Shown here: one piece after another, positions 33,154-42,710 of the stretch | Numbering within the stretch: the first letter of the stretch is position 1 | How the letters are laid out: the number at the start of each line of letters is the position of its first letter | From: Armatimonadota bacterium | Lineage (GTDB): Bacteria > Armatimonadota > UBA10988 | NCBI GenBank assembly: GCA_016235455.1 | Contig: JACRKZ010000029.1 | Location: 1 to 64,000, forward strand | DNA length: 64,000 bases | Direction of reading: 5' to 3' | Program-made: the position numbers and the translations under genes | Notes under the pieces: model-generated | Databases searched by the model: none | Seen by the model: the letters and a program-made list of their open reading frames with translations, nothing else | What the model was told of the DNA's origin: nothing

Positions 33154-33164
33154 GGCGAGTCTCC

Positions 33165-34460
33165 CTAGAAGCGCGACAGGCACCACCGGCCGTCGATCAG
33201 TTCGAAGATGCAGGGGTAACGGCGGCCGGCGTCGGTGACCTCATACTCGGCCATGCGCGCGCCTTGCGCCACCAGACGGCGCGTGGCCAGCACCGTCGCC
33301 AACTGCGCCATGGCCTCCGGCCGTTGCGTGAACAGCGTCCGGCAGCGCGTCGCCGCCTCGGGCGCCAGGAGGCTGGTGGCACCGGCCACGTCGCGCGCTT
33401 TGAGCGCCGCCTCCAGCGCCGAGCCATCGCCGGCCAGCGAGCCAGTCGAGACCGGCGGCTTGACCGGGTCGATGGGCTTCACCGGGTCGACTGGGTTGCT
33501 GACGACGCGCCCCGACAGCAGGCCCTCCATCACCGCCAACAGCCGCTTGCCCGCGGGCAGCGCGCTCTGTTGCTTCCAGGCCGCGCCGACCTTGGCCGGC
33601 GACAGCAGATCGGCAAAGCGCGTATCGTAAGCGAACACGTAGCGGTCGGCGTAGTCCACCAACACCGCACTGAGTTGCGGCAACTGCTTGCGGTCGATGA
33701 AGCGTTGCCGGTAAGGTGCGGCATCGGTGGGCACGGTCGCGCTGACCACCAGGCCCAGCGCGATGCCCCTGGCTCGCAGCCGCGCCAGCCCGTCGGCCAG
33801 TTGCTCGCGGTCGACCGCCGAAAGCACGCCGGCTTCGTCCAGAATGGGCTCCGTGGCCGGCTTCGGCAGGCCGCTGCCTGTCGTCGTCGAGCCCACGGGC
33901 GTGGTTGGGCCACCGGCAGCGCGGCTGGCACCGAAGTAGACCAGGACAACCTGACCAATCATCGAGCGGTAGATGTTGTACTTGCTGCCAAATGCCTCGT
34001 CGCCCTTGAAGTCGCCGACGTAGATGGGCTGACCGGACAGCGCAGTCGGGCAGTCCCAGCGCTGGACCGTGTCGCCCACCAGCAGTGCCAACTTGCCGTC
34101 CTTGAGCTTGAGGATGACCTTCACAGGCTGGCCGGCCGCGGTCCTGGTCGGGTTGTTCATGACCTGCCAGCCGTTGCCGGCATTGGTGCCGCCCTGGCGT
34201 GATCGGTCGTAGACGTTGGCCGAGAAGGTGCCGTCGGCGCCGAGCGCAAGCGTCAAGGAGCCGGTCGGCGCGGCGTTGATGCCCACGGTGTCGAGCACCG
34301 TACCGCCCTTGCTCCAGGTGACCCGCAGCTCCACCTCGAGGTCGCGCGTGTTGTACGGATTGCTGATCCGCGCACCGTCCGAAGGCGCCTTGAGATCGAC
34401 GGGAATCTCCGCCGCCCAAACGCTCAGCGTCATCAGGCTGCCCAGCAGAAGCGCGCGCAT
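33165..34460 (-). CDS. secreted modular hypothetical protein (ConA-like + TPM-like + NTF2-like C-terminus)
   Basis: GGAGG RBS and ATG 34460; signal peptide; Thr/Gly/Pro linkers; ILDEAGVLS..DR..L (TPM-like start); C-terminal AEYEV..G..YP.IF..IDGRW. Confidence 0.7.
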   Translation of the reverse strand: MRALLLGSLMTLSVWAAEIPVDLKAPSDGARISNPYNTRDLEVELRVTWSKGGTVLDTVGINAAPTGSLTLALGADGTFSANVYDRSRQGGTNAGNGWQVMNNPTRTAAGQPVKVILKLKDGKLALLVGDTVQRWDCPTALSGQPIYVGDFKGDEAFGSKYNIYRSMIGQVVLVYFGASRAAGGPTTPVGSTTTGSGLPKPATEPILDEAGVLSAVDREQLADGLARLRARGIALGLVVSATVPTDAAPYRQRFIDRKQLPQLSAVLVDYADRYVFAYDTRFADLLSPAKVGAAWKQQSALPAGKRLLAVMEGLLSGRVVSNPVDPVKPIDPVKPPVSTGSLAGDGSALEAALKARDVAGATSLLAPEAATRCRTLFTQRPEAMAQLATVLATRRLVAQGARMAEYEVTDAGRRYPCIFELIDGRWCLSRF

Positions 34461-34481
34461 GTCAGCCCTCCCACGACTCAC

Positions 34482-34535
34482 TTCGCCGGCGATGTGGGCG
34501 CACCTCCGAACAGGAGTCGCGAGCCGCAAGGCGAA
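34482..34535. promoter_or_regulatory. back-to-back divergent sigma-H-like promoters
   Basis: Minus GGAGG-N17-CGAA (34507-34482) and plus ACAGG-N17-CGAA (34510-34535), each about 22 nt from a start codon. Confidence 0.6.
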
Positions 34536-34558
34536 CAGTCTTCTTCGGAGTGTAGCCC

Positions 34559-34864
34559 ATGCTCATCGTCATGGTCAGTATCCGCGTCAAGCCCGACTGC
34601 GTGGAGGCCTTCGCCGCAGCCAGTGCCGACAATGCCCGCCACAGCGTGCAGGAGCCCGGCATCGCGCGGTTCGACGTGCTGCAGAGCGCCGACGACCCCA
34701 CGCGATTCTCGCTGGTCGAGGTCTATCGCGACGTCGAAGCCACCGCCGCGCACAAGGAGACCGAACACTACGCCCGCTGGCGCGACACGGTAGCCGACAT
34801 GATGGCCGAGCCGCGGTCGTCGTCCAAGTGGACCAACCGCTGTCCCGACGACAGCGGCTGGTGA
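34559..34864 (+). CDS. antibiotic biosynthesis monooxygenase family (LsrG-like) protein
   Basis: [21 protein letters not shown] and [13 protein letters not shown]. Confidence 0.88.
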   Translation: MLIVMVSIRVKPDCVEAFAAASADNARHSVQEPGIARFDVLQSADDPTRFSLVEVYRDVEATAAHKETEHYARWRDTVADMMAEPRSSSKWTNRCPDDSGW

Positions 34865-34872
34865 GCGGACCC

Positions 34873-36012
34873 ATGGAGTTCGAGTTCGCCACGGCGCAGC
34901 GCATCGTCTTCGGCTCTGGCAGCGTAGCCCGGCTGGGCGCGTTGGCGGGCGAGTTGGGTCACCGCGTGCTACTGGTGCGTAGCGCCACCGAGCGCGCCAG
35001 CCGTAGCGCCGCGCCCATCTCGGCCCAACTCGCCGCGGCTGGCTTGGAGGTGACCACGCTGACGGTGACCGGCGAACCCACCGTGGCCTGGGCACGCGTC
35101 GCGGCGCAGACCGCCCGCGCCGCCGATTGCGACCTGGTGGTCGGCCTCGGCGGCGGCAGCGTGCTCGATGGCGGCAAAGCCGTCGCTGCGCTGGTCGTCA
35201 ACAGCGGCGACCCGCTGGACTACCTGGAAGTGATCGGTGCCGGCCGGCCACTGGTGGCGCCGTCGCTGCCGTACCTTGCCCTGCCCACGACAGCCGGCAC
35301 GGGCTCGGAGGTCACGCGCAATGCCGTCCTGGCCTGCGAGGACCACGGCGTCAAGGTCAGCCTGCGTAGCGCCTACATGCTCCCGACCGTCGCGCTGGTC
35401 GACCCGGAGCTTACCTGGGGCCTGCCGGCCGACGTCACCGCTAGCACCGGGCTCGACGCCCTGACCCAACTCATCGAGCCGCTGGTGAGCCGCCGAGCGC
35501 AGCCGCTCACCGATGCCATCTGCCGCGACGGCATTCCGCGTGCCGCCCGGCACCTGCGCGCCGCCTGCACCGACGACCCGGTGGCACGTGAGCAGATGGC
35601 GTTGGCCAGCCTGCTCGGCGGTCTGGCCCTGGCCAACGCTGGGCTCGGAGCAGTGCACGGCCTGGCGGCACCGCTCGGCGGACGGTTCGGCGCACCCCAC
35701 GGCGCCGTGTGCGCTACGCTGCTGCCACACGTCATGGCGGCCAACCTGCGACTCGCTGACGAGCAGACGCGTACGCGCTACGACGAGGTGGCGCGGCTGC
35801 TCACCGGCTCGCCGTCAGCGACGGCGGCCGAGGGTGTGGCATGCGTGGCGGCCTTGGTGGCCGACCTCGGCGTGCCGCGACTGTCCACCTGGGGTATCGG
35901 TGCCGACGACCTGCCGGCCATGGCCGAGGCGGGCCTGGCGGCCAGCAGCATGAAGGCCAATCCCGTGTCGCTGGACGCGGCGGCGCTGGTGGAGGTGATG
36001 GCTCGGGCGTGA
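34873..36012 (+). CDS. iron-containing alcohol dehydrogenase
   Basis: GLGGGSVLDGGK, PTTAGTGSEVT, GLDALTQLIE, GAVHGLA and PHG. Confidence 0.92.
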   Translation: MEFEFATAQRIVFGSGSVARLGALAGELGHRVLLVRSATERASRSAAPISAQLAAAGLEVTTLTVTGEPTVAWARVAAQTARAADCDLVVGLGGGSVLDGGKAVAALVVNSGDPLDYLEVIGAGRPLVAPSLPYLALPTTAGTGSEVTRNAVLACEDHGVKVSLRSAYMLPTVALVDPELTWGLPADVTASTGLDALTQLIEPLVSRRAQPLTDAICRDGIPRAARHLRAACTDDPVAREQMALASLLGGLALANAGLGAVHGLAAPLGGRFGAPHGAVCATLLPHVMAANLRLADEQTRTRYDEVARLLTGSPSATAAEGVACVAALVADLGVPRLSTWGIGADDLPAMAEAGLAASSMKANPVSLDAAALVEVMARA

Positions 36013-37268
36013 GGGTGGCCCGGCATCTGGCCCCCACCGCAGCCCTCCCCGCGCGGTGGCTGTGCGGGCATCGCCGGGTGAGTATGGACGATCTGTTGGC
36101 CGGGCACCTTGAGGCGACGGCGCGCCGTTGCGCTGAGCACGACTGGGTCATGGCGGCCACCGATACCACCGCTCTGGACTACAAACCGCCTGTATCGAAG
36201 AGCGGTCTGGGGCCGATCGGCAACGGCACGGGCAGCCGCGGCCTGTTCTACCACGCGGTGCTGGCAGTGACGCCAGGCCGACGTACGTTGGGTCTGCTGG
36301 GCGTGCGGGTCTGGACGCGCGAGCGCCACGCCGGCTCGATCAAGGGCCAGCGTCGCGCCAAACTGACCAGCGAGAAGGGGAGCGGCAAGTGGTTGACCGC
36401 GCTCTGGCAGATCGCCGAGCGGTTGCCCGCGAGCCAGCGCGTCTTGCTCGTCGAGGACCGCGAGGCGGACGTCCTCGACTTCCTATCCAGCCTGCGGCGT
36501 GAGGGTCTGGACCTGCTGGTGCGGGCCGCGCAAGACCGCCGTGTGCAGTTGGTTGGCGAAGCGTCGCCTTGCCTGTTGTACGCCGCGGCCCAGGTCGGCT
36601 GCCTGACGGTGCATGTGCCGGCACGCGCGGGTCAGGTCGAGCGCGACGCGCAGTTGACGGTGCGCGCTCGCGAGGTGGAGATACAGCCACCCGACCGCGC
36701 GCTGCTGCACGGCCAGCCGGTGCGATACTGGCTGCTGCAGGCCCGCGAGGAGACGCCGCCCGAGGCGGGCGAGGCACTGAGTTGGGTGCTGTTGACGACG
36801 CTCGACCGCGCCGAGCCGCGGGCGGCACAGGCGCTGCCCGGCCACGATGCGGCGCGCTGGGAGATCGAGCGACTGCACTCCACGCTGAAGTCGGGTCTGG
36901 GCGTGGAGCGGTTGCAGACCGAGGACTTGCATGTCTTGGCCAACACGATGGCGGTGCTGTCGGTGACGGTCTGGCGGGTCGTGTCATTGGCCATGCTGAG
37001 CCGTATGCAGCCTGAGCTTGACGCTGCAGTGCTGTTCAGCGCCGACGAACTGGAGGTCCTGGCCACCTCGGTACGGCGGCCAGTGACGACGGTGGGCGAG
37101 GCGACCGCGGAGACAGCGCTATTGGCCGGGAATCAAGCCTACCGTCCGGCGAGCCCGCCCGGCCTCAAGCGCGTGTGGTCGGGCTTGAGGCGGTTGGCGG
37201 ACATGCTCGCTGGGTACCGGCTAGCGCGTGATGCGTTTGCCGGTAACGGTGGCTACAAAGCGGGATGA
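36009..37268 (+). mobile_element. decayed IS4-family (IS50/Tn5-like) transposase, 5'-truncated, probable pseudogene
   Basis: DTT, E..KW and DREAD motifs; LSWVLLTT; the YREK motif reads D-AA-R-WEI-E-RLHSTL-K with Tyr lost; N-terminal DNA-binding domain missing; no credible start or left IR. Confidence 0.8.
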
Positions 37269-37282
37269 GGCTCGTGGGGGGA

Positions 37283-38458
37283 CTACAGGACGGGCTGCCG
37301 GTCGGCCGGCCAGGTCTTCACCTTGGCCGCCAGTTCGTGCATCGCACCGTCGGCGATCCCGGCGTAGTCCTTGCCGTTGGCATCGCTGCGCCGGTTGAAC
37401 AGCACGGCCCAGTCCAGGCCGTCCCACCGTCGCACCAGCAACGTCGACGTGCCCGGAATGCCGCCGGTATGCCAGGTGTTCAGCCGGCCCTGACCGCAAT
37501 CGCGCACCGACCAGCCCAGGCCATACCAGACCGGGTCCGTGCCGGCATCGGGTCGGGCGAACGTGGCCGCGATGGAGGCCGGCCGGAGCAACGGCGAGTG
37601 GGCCGCATCATCGAACGCCTGCGCGAACCGCACCAGGTCCGCCGCCGAAGCCAGCCAGCCCCCATGCGCGGCCATGGGCTCGAAGTAGAACGTGCCGTAC
37701 GGTGTCGGCACGAGTTCGGCCTCGGCGCCGAACACGCTGGCCCGCGGCGGCTCCGCGCCGTCCAGCAGCACTTCGCCCGGCGCGCGGCCGGCCAGCAGGC
37801 TCCGGCCAAGTCGTGGCCGCGTACTGCCCACGGCGCGCCAGATGTGCTCCTGGCAATACGCCTCGTAACTGACGCCGGTCACCTTCTCGATGACCATGCC
37901 CAGCAGCATGTAGCCGAAGTTGGAGTAGGCGTAGCGCTCTCCGGGCGTGTAGTCCAGCGGCTGGCTGACCATCCAGCGCAGAATGGCGGCGCCATCGGCC
38001 GGAGGCGGCAGGGCCAGATCGGCCGCGATCTGCCGCGACTTGAACATCGGGTCGCCCGACTTGTCGCGGTCGAACCCGCCACGATGTTGTAGCAGATGGC
38101 GCAGCGTGATCGCCCGCCAGCGCTCGTCCTTGGGGCTCAGCGCCAGCCGGTCGACGATGTTGTCGTCGAGACTCAGCCGGCCCTGATCGACCAACTGCAT
38201 GACCGCGGCGCTGGTGACGGGTTTGCTGATGCTGGCAATCCGGAACAGGCCGTCGGGCGACAGCGGCACGCCCGGCTCGGCCCAGCCGAAGCCTCGGCTA
38301 TAGATGACCCGGCCGCCGCGGCCGACGGCCACCTGCACGGCCAGCTTGGTGTCATCGCCGACCAGCGCCTGGAAGTAGTCGTCGTAGACCTCCAGGCCCG
38401 GCACGGCCTGGCCGGAAGGCGTTCCGGCCAGGGCCAGCAGCATGAACGTGCACCACAT
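37283..38458 (-). CDS. serine hydrolase, beta-lactamase/class C family, secreted
   Basis: FRIASISK (SxxK), LLQHRGG, YSNFGY and HTGG; N-terminal signal. Confidence 0.9.
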   Translation of the reverse strand: MWCTFMLLALAGTPSGQAVPGLEVYDDYFQALVGDDTKLAVQVAVGRGGRVIYSRGFGWAEPGVPLSPDGLFRIASISKPVTSAAVMQLVDQGRLSLDDNIVDRLALSPKDERWRAITLRHLLQHRGGFDRDKSGDPMFKSRQIAADLALPPPADGAAILRWMVSQPLDYTPGERYAYSNFGYMLLGMVIEKVTGVSYEAYCQEHIWRAVGSTRPRLGRSLLAGRAPGEVLLDGAEPPRASVFGAEAELVPTPYGTFYFEPMAAHGGWLASAADLVRFAQAFDDAAHSPLLRPASIAATFARPDAGTDPVWYGLGWSVRDCGQGRLNTWHTGGIPGTSTLLVRRWDGLDWAVLFNRRSDANGKDYAGIADGAMHELAAKVKTWPADRQPVL

Positions 38459-38495
38459 CGGAGTCGTCTCCGGCCGCCACCCTTGGTGGCGCGGT

Positions 38496-39731
38496 CTACG
38501 GCGAGAACAGCGTGCCATCGGGGTAGCGCGTCTGCGTCCACCCCAGCACGCCATCGGGGCACGGGAAGCGCGCGGCGAGCTTCTCATCGATATCGATGCC
38601 CAGGCCCGGCTTGTCGTTGGGGTAGGCGTAGCCGTCGCGCAGTTCGGGGCAACCGGGGAAGATCTCCTGCTCCAGATCCGAGAAGCCGGCCCACTCCTGG
38701 ATGCCGAAGTTGGGGCTGGCCACGTCGAGGTGGACATTGACCGCATGGCCGACCGGCGACACATCGCCCGGCCCGTGCCAGGCGGTGCGCACGCCAAACT
38801 GCTCGCAGAACACGGCCAGCTTGCGTGCCGGAGTCAGGCCGCCGATGGTGCTGATGTGGCAGCGGATGAAGTCGATCAGCCGGTTGGTGATCAGCATCTT
38901 CCACTCTTGCGGGTTGTTGAACAGCTCGCCCATGGCCAGTGGCGTGGTGCACACCTGGCGCACCATGGCGAACCACTCGACGTGCTCTGGCGGGAGCAGA
39001 TCCTCGAGGAAGAAGAGGCGGTACGGCTCCAGCTCCTTGGCCAACCTCACTCCCTCGATGGGCACCAGCCGCTCATGCACGTCGTGCAGCAACTCGATGC
39101 CGAACCCCACCTTGTCGCGCAGATGCGCGAACATCTCGACCGCGCCCAGCGCATAGCCGTGGGGGTCGAAGTAGTCGCCGGCCACGGCCCCGGCTGGCGG
39201 GGTCGGCAGCGAGGCATTGCCGCCGTAGCCACCCATCTGCACGCGCACGTAGCGGTAGCCTGCCTCCATGTAGCGGCGCAGGTCGTCCTCGACCGCCTGC
39301 GGCGTGGCGCCGCCGGCGTGGCGATAAACCGCGGCGGCCTCGCGGCACTTGCCGCCGAGCAGTTGGTAGACCGGCAGGCCGGCCACTTTGCCCTTGATGT
39401 CCCACAGCGCCTGGTCGACGCCGGACATGGCGTTGTTCTCGGCCGGCCCGCTGCGCCAGTAGGCGTTGTGATGCACGAGTTGCCAGATGTCTTCGATGCG
39501 GTGGGCATCGCGGCCGACCAACAGCGGTTTGAGGAACTCGTCGATGATCACGCGCACGGCGTTGGCGCGTTGGGTGAACGTGGCGCATCCCAGCCCATAC
39601 AGGCCCGGCTCGGAGGTCTCGATCTTGACCACAATGAGCCGCTTCTGCAGGCTGCCGTCGCCCGGCGACAAGGCCGTGCCGGTGGGCGAGGTCATGATGG
39701 CGCGCACATCTCGGATCGTCAGCTCAGACAC
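38496..39731 (-). CDS. enolase-superfamily sugar-acid dehydratase (ManD/RspA subgroup)
   Basis: YWRSGP, ALWDIKGK, HDVHER, FLED, GELF, AWHGPGD and IQE. Confidence 0.9.
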   Translation of the reverse strand: MSELTIRDVRAIMTSPTGTALSPGDGSLQKRLIVVKIETSEPGLYGLGCATFTQRANAVRVIIDEFLKPLLVGRDAHRIEDIWQLVHHNAYWRSGPAENNAMSGVDQALWDIKGKVAGLPVYQLLGGKCREAAAVYRHAGGATPQAVEDDLRRYMEAGYRYVRVQMGGYGGNASLPTPPAGAVAGDYFDPHGYALGAVEMFAHLRDKVGFGIELLHDVHERLVPIEGVRLAKELEPYRLFFLEDLLPPEHVEWFAMVRQVCTTPLAMGELFNNPQEWKMLITNRLIDFIRCHISTIGGLTPARKLAVFCEQFGVRTAWHGPGDVSPVGHAVNVHLDVASPNFGIQEWAGFSDLEQEIFPGCPELRDGYAYPNDKPGLGIDIDEKLAARFPCPDGVLGWTQTRYPDGTLFSP

Positions 39732-39752
39732 TTCAGGCTCCCGCCGCGCCTG

Positions 39753-39778
39753 TTCGCCAGCCCGGCGGCGGGTCCTGC
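39753..39778 (-). promoter_or_regulatory. sigma-H-like promoter GCAGG-N17-CGAA
   Basis: Minus strand reads GCAGGacccgccgccgggctggCGAAc, filling most of the 49-nt intergenic gap. Confidence 0.6.
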
Positions 39779-39780
39779 CG

Positions 39781-42627
39781 TTACTGGTCGAGCAGTTCGC
39801 GCACTTTGCCCAACAGCTCGCCGACGCCGAACGGCTTGACCAGGAGCGGCGCCCGCGCGGGCGTCAGCCCCTGCTGCTCGATGACCGCCGCGGTGTAGCC
39901 GGAGATGAACAGCACGCGCATGTCAGGCCGCGCGGCGGCCAACTCGGTGGCCACCTCCAGGCCGTTCTTGCCCGGCATGATGACGTCGGTCACCAGCAGG
40001 TCGATGCGTCCGGTCTCGGCCACGCGCAACGCGTGACTGCCGCTGTCGGCCACCCGCAGCACGTAGCCCGCGCGCCGCAGCGAGCGCTCAACGAAGCCCC
40101 GTACCGCCGGGTCGTCCTCGACCAGAAGGATGTGCTCACGACCGCCCGGGGCGGCGGGCTCGGCCACGTCGGGCTCGAGTGTTGGCGCGTGCAGGCGCGG
40201 CAGATAGACGACAAAACGCGTGCCCACCCCCACCTCGCTGTGGCAGGTGATGTGGCCGCGGTTCTGGCGGATCGCGCCGTAGACCGACGCCAGACCGAGC
40301 CCGGTGCCCTCGCCCACTGGCTTGGTGGTGTAGAACGGCTCGAAGGCTCGGGCCAGCACTTCGGGCGTCATGCCGCAGCCTGTGTCGGCCACGGTGATGG
40401 TGACGAACTCGCCCGGCTCCACCTCGGACAGCGGACCCAGGTCGGCCTGCGCGAGCTGTGCGTGACCGGCGGTGATGGTCAGCCGGCCGCCGCTGCGCAT
40501 GGCGTCCTTGGCGTTCACGGCCAGGTTCATGACAATCTGCTCGACCTGGCCGCCATCGGCGCGCAGGTGCAGCGGCTCGGGCGAGAGCACCACCTCGAGC
40601 TCGATGTGCTCGCCGATCAGGCGGCCCAGCATGCGCTCCATGTCGCGCGCCACCTGGTTGAGTTCCAGGTCAGTGGGCCGGATGAGCGAGCGCCGACTGA
40701 AGGCCAGCAGTTGCCGTGTCAGGCTGGCCGCCCGCTGCGCGGCGCGGCTTATCTCCTCCAGGTCGTCCCGATAGGCACTGTCCGCCGGCAGATCGCCCAA
40801 CACGAACTCGGCGTAGCCGTTGATGGTGGTGAGCAGATTGTTGAAGTCGTGGGCCACGCCACCGGCCAACTGGCCGATGGCTTCCATCTTGCTGGCCTGG
40901 GCCAGACGCGACTCGAGATGCTGGCGTTGGGCATCCTGCTCCTTCTGCTCGGTGATGTCCTGCATCATGCCCGCCAGGTGGGTTGGCCGGCCCTCGCCGT
41001 CACACCACACGTCGCCAACCATTCGACACTGGCGCCACGCGCCGTCGGCGCGTCGCACGCGCACCGTCTCGTCGAGACGCTTGCGCTGACTGACCGCCTC
41101 GCGCACCGCGGCGTCGAGCCGGGCGCCGTCCTCGGGATGCCCGAAGCGCTCGAGGACCTCGCCCGGCGAGATCCGGATCGATGATTCTGGTAGGCCGTGC
41201 AAGCGACACATGGATTCCGACCAGACCATCTGGTCCTGACGGAGGTCATGTAGCCATGCGCCAACCTGCGCCAGCTCGGCCGCATGGTCCAAAGCCAGGC
41301 GCGCCTCACGCAGGCGCTCCTCGGCCAACACCGCGTCGGTGATGTCTCGCGCGATCCACAGCGCGTGGTCGCCCATGGCCTGGGCGCGCCCCTCGAACCA
41401 GGCCTGCCGGCCGCCGGCAGCCAACCGATAGCGCACGGACACGGTCTCGCCCTGGTCAATGGCCCGGCGCAACGCATCCACCACAGGCTGCAACTCGGGG
41501 CCGAACACGTCGGTGACACCGCGACCGAGGACCTCGTCGACACTGGCCGCCACCGACAGGCGCTCGGGCGACGGCACCGCCAGGCAGACGCCATCGCGGT
41601 CATAGACGAGCGTCAGGTCGGGGATGGCCCGCACCAGGGCGCCATACTCCTCAGCGGATTGCTTGGCGCGGCGCGCCTCGTTCATACGGTCCAGCGTGGG
41701 CGCCACGATGGCCGCCACCGCGCCGATCAACTCCGCCTCGCGCACCGCGTACCGATCCGTGTCGACGGCCGCGACCATGAGCACCCCGATGAGCGCGTCA
41801 CGAGACACGATCGGCTGGTAGTAGGCGCTGCCCAGGCCGATACCAGGGCAGCCCGGGTGCACCTGCTCCGCGGTGGGGCAGCTCAGCAGCAGAGGTTGAC
41901 GCTCCACCAGCGGCGCCATGGTCTTGCCGAACTGATCCACCGCCAGGCGCTGGCCCGGCTGACAGGTGACGGCCGGCGTCGGACCGGTCGATACGCCCAC
42001 CTGCTCAAACCACATCCCATCGTCCGACAGGCAGGCCAGGCAGAAGCGGTCCCAGCCCAGCAACGGCTGCGTGCGCTCGGCCACGGCCTGCGCCATCTGC
42101 GCCGGCTCCATCAACGCCGTGAGCGCCGATGCCAGGTCGGCCAGCATCTCGGCTTCCTCCGCGCGCTGGAGCTGCCTCAGCAGACGAGCCACGACGCCGG
42201 CGTACGCAACGACCTCGGCCTGACGCCGCTCATCGATGGCGGCCCCACTGCCCGCGCAATCGTTGTAGAACACCCCGATGGTCTCACCATCGGTGCGCAG
42301 CGGCGTGGCGGCGATCCAATCGAAGCTGACGCAGCGTTCGCCATCGGTCGCGCTGTGCGGGCCGGGCATGAGCACCCAGGGCGCGTCGCCCGCCATGGCC
42401 TCGGCCGTTTCGCCGGCAAAGGTGAAGCTTAGGTGCCCTTCGTCGACGGTCTTGCCGGCCAGGCTGATGCCCCACGTCCCGCGGCCACAGTTGCCCTCGC
42501 GTAGCCAGAGGGAGCAGCGTTCGACGCCCAGGTGCGTGCAGGCAATCTCGACGGCCCGCTTGGCCAGCGCCGAGCGGCTCGGTGCCGAAACGAGTTGAGC
42601 CGCGGCGGCCAGCCAGTCTGTGGACAC
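39781..42627 (-). CDS. hybrid sensor histidine kinase (GAF-GAF-PAS-PAS-HisKA-HATPase-REC), cytoplasmic
   Basis: AGGAG RBS and GTG 42627; GVAHDFNNLL, NLAVNAKDAM, DTGCGM, FEPFYTTK and GTGLGL; receiver LLVEDD..TDVIMP..KPF. Confidence 0.93.
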   Translation of the reverse strand: MSTDWLAAAAQLVSAPSRSALAKRAVEIACTHLGVERCSLWLREGNCGRGTWGISLAGKTVDEGHLSFTFAGETAEAMAGDAPWVLMPGPHSATDGERCVSFDWIAATPLRTDGETIGVFYNDCAGSGAAIDERRQAEVVAYAGVVARLLRQLQRAEEAEMLADLASALTALMEPAQMAQAVAERTQPLLGWDRFCLACLSDDGMWFEQVGVSTGPTPAVTCQPGQRLAVDQFGKTMAPLVERQPLLLSCPTAEQVHPGCPGIGLGSAYYQPIVSRDALIGVLMVAAVDTDRYAVREAELIGAVAAIVAPTLDRMNEARRAKQSAEEYGALVRAIPDLTLVYDRDGVCLAVPSPERLSVAASVDEVLGRGVTDVFGPELQPVVDALRRAIDQGETVSVRYRLAAGGRQAWFEGRAQAMGDHALWIARDITDAVLAEERLREARLALDHAAELAQVGAWLHDLRQDQMVWSESMCRLHGLPESSIRISPGEVLERFGHPEDGARLDAAVREAVSQRKRLDETVRVRRADGAWRQCRMVGDVWCDGEGRPTHLAGMMQDITEQKEQDAQRQHLESRLAQASKMEAIGQLAGGVAHDFNNLLTTINGYAEFVLGDLPADSAYRDDLEEISRAAQRAASLTRQLLAFSRRSLIRPTDLELNQVARDMERMLGRLIGEHIELEVVLSPEPLHLRADGGQVEQIVMNLAVNAKDAMRSGGRLTITAGHAQLAQADLGPLSEVEPGEFVTITVADTGCGMTPEVLARAFEPFYTTKPVGEGTGLGLASVYGAIRQNRGHITCHSEVGVGTRFVVYLPRLHAPTLEPDVAEPAAPGGREHILLVEDDPAVRGFVERSLRRAGYVLRVADSGSHALRVAETGRIDLLVTDVIMPGKNGLEVATELAAARPDMRVLFISGYTAAVIEQQGLTPARAPLLVKPFGVGELLGKVRELLDQ

Positions 42628-42710
42628 GGTCGCAGCACTCCTTTGCTGGGATGTGCTCAGACTATGACACAAACGCGGGCTAGTCGCATGAACCGCTTAT
42701 GGCGCGAGCA

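Noticed and set aside
34216-34872. N-terminal extension of the alcohol dehydrogenase ORF
   Set aside because: It overlaps two real genes; family homology begins at MEFEFAT (34873).
37283-38458. Antibiotic-resistance beta-lactamase mobilised by the adjacent IS
   Set aside because: Generic SxxK serine hydrolase with host-like codon usage; the IS is a single decayed copy with no composite-transposon structure.
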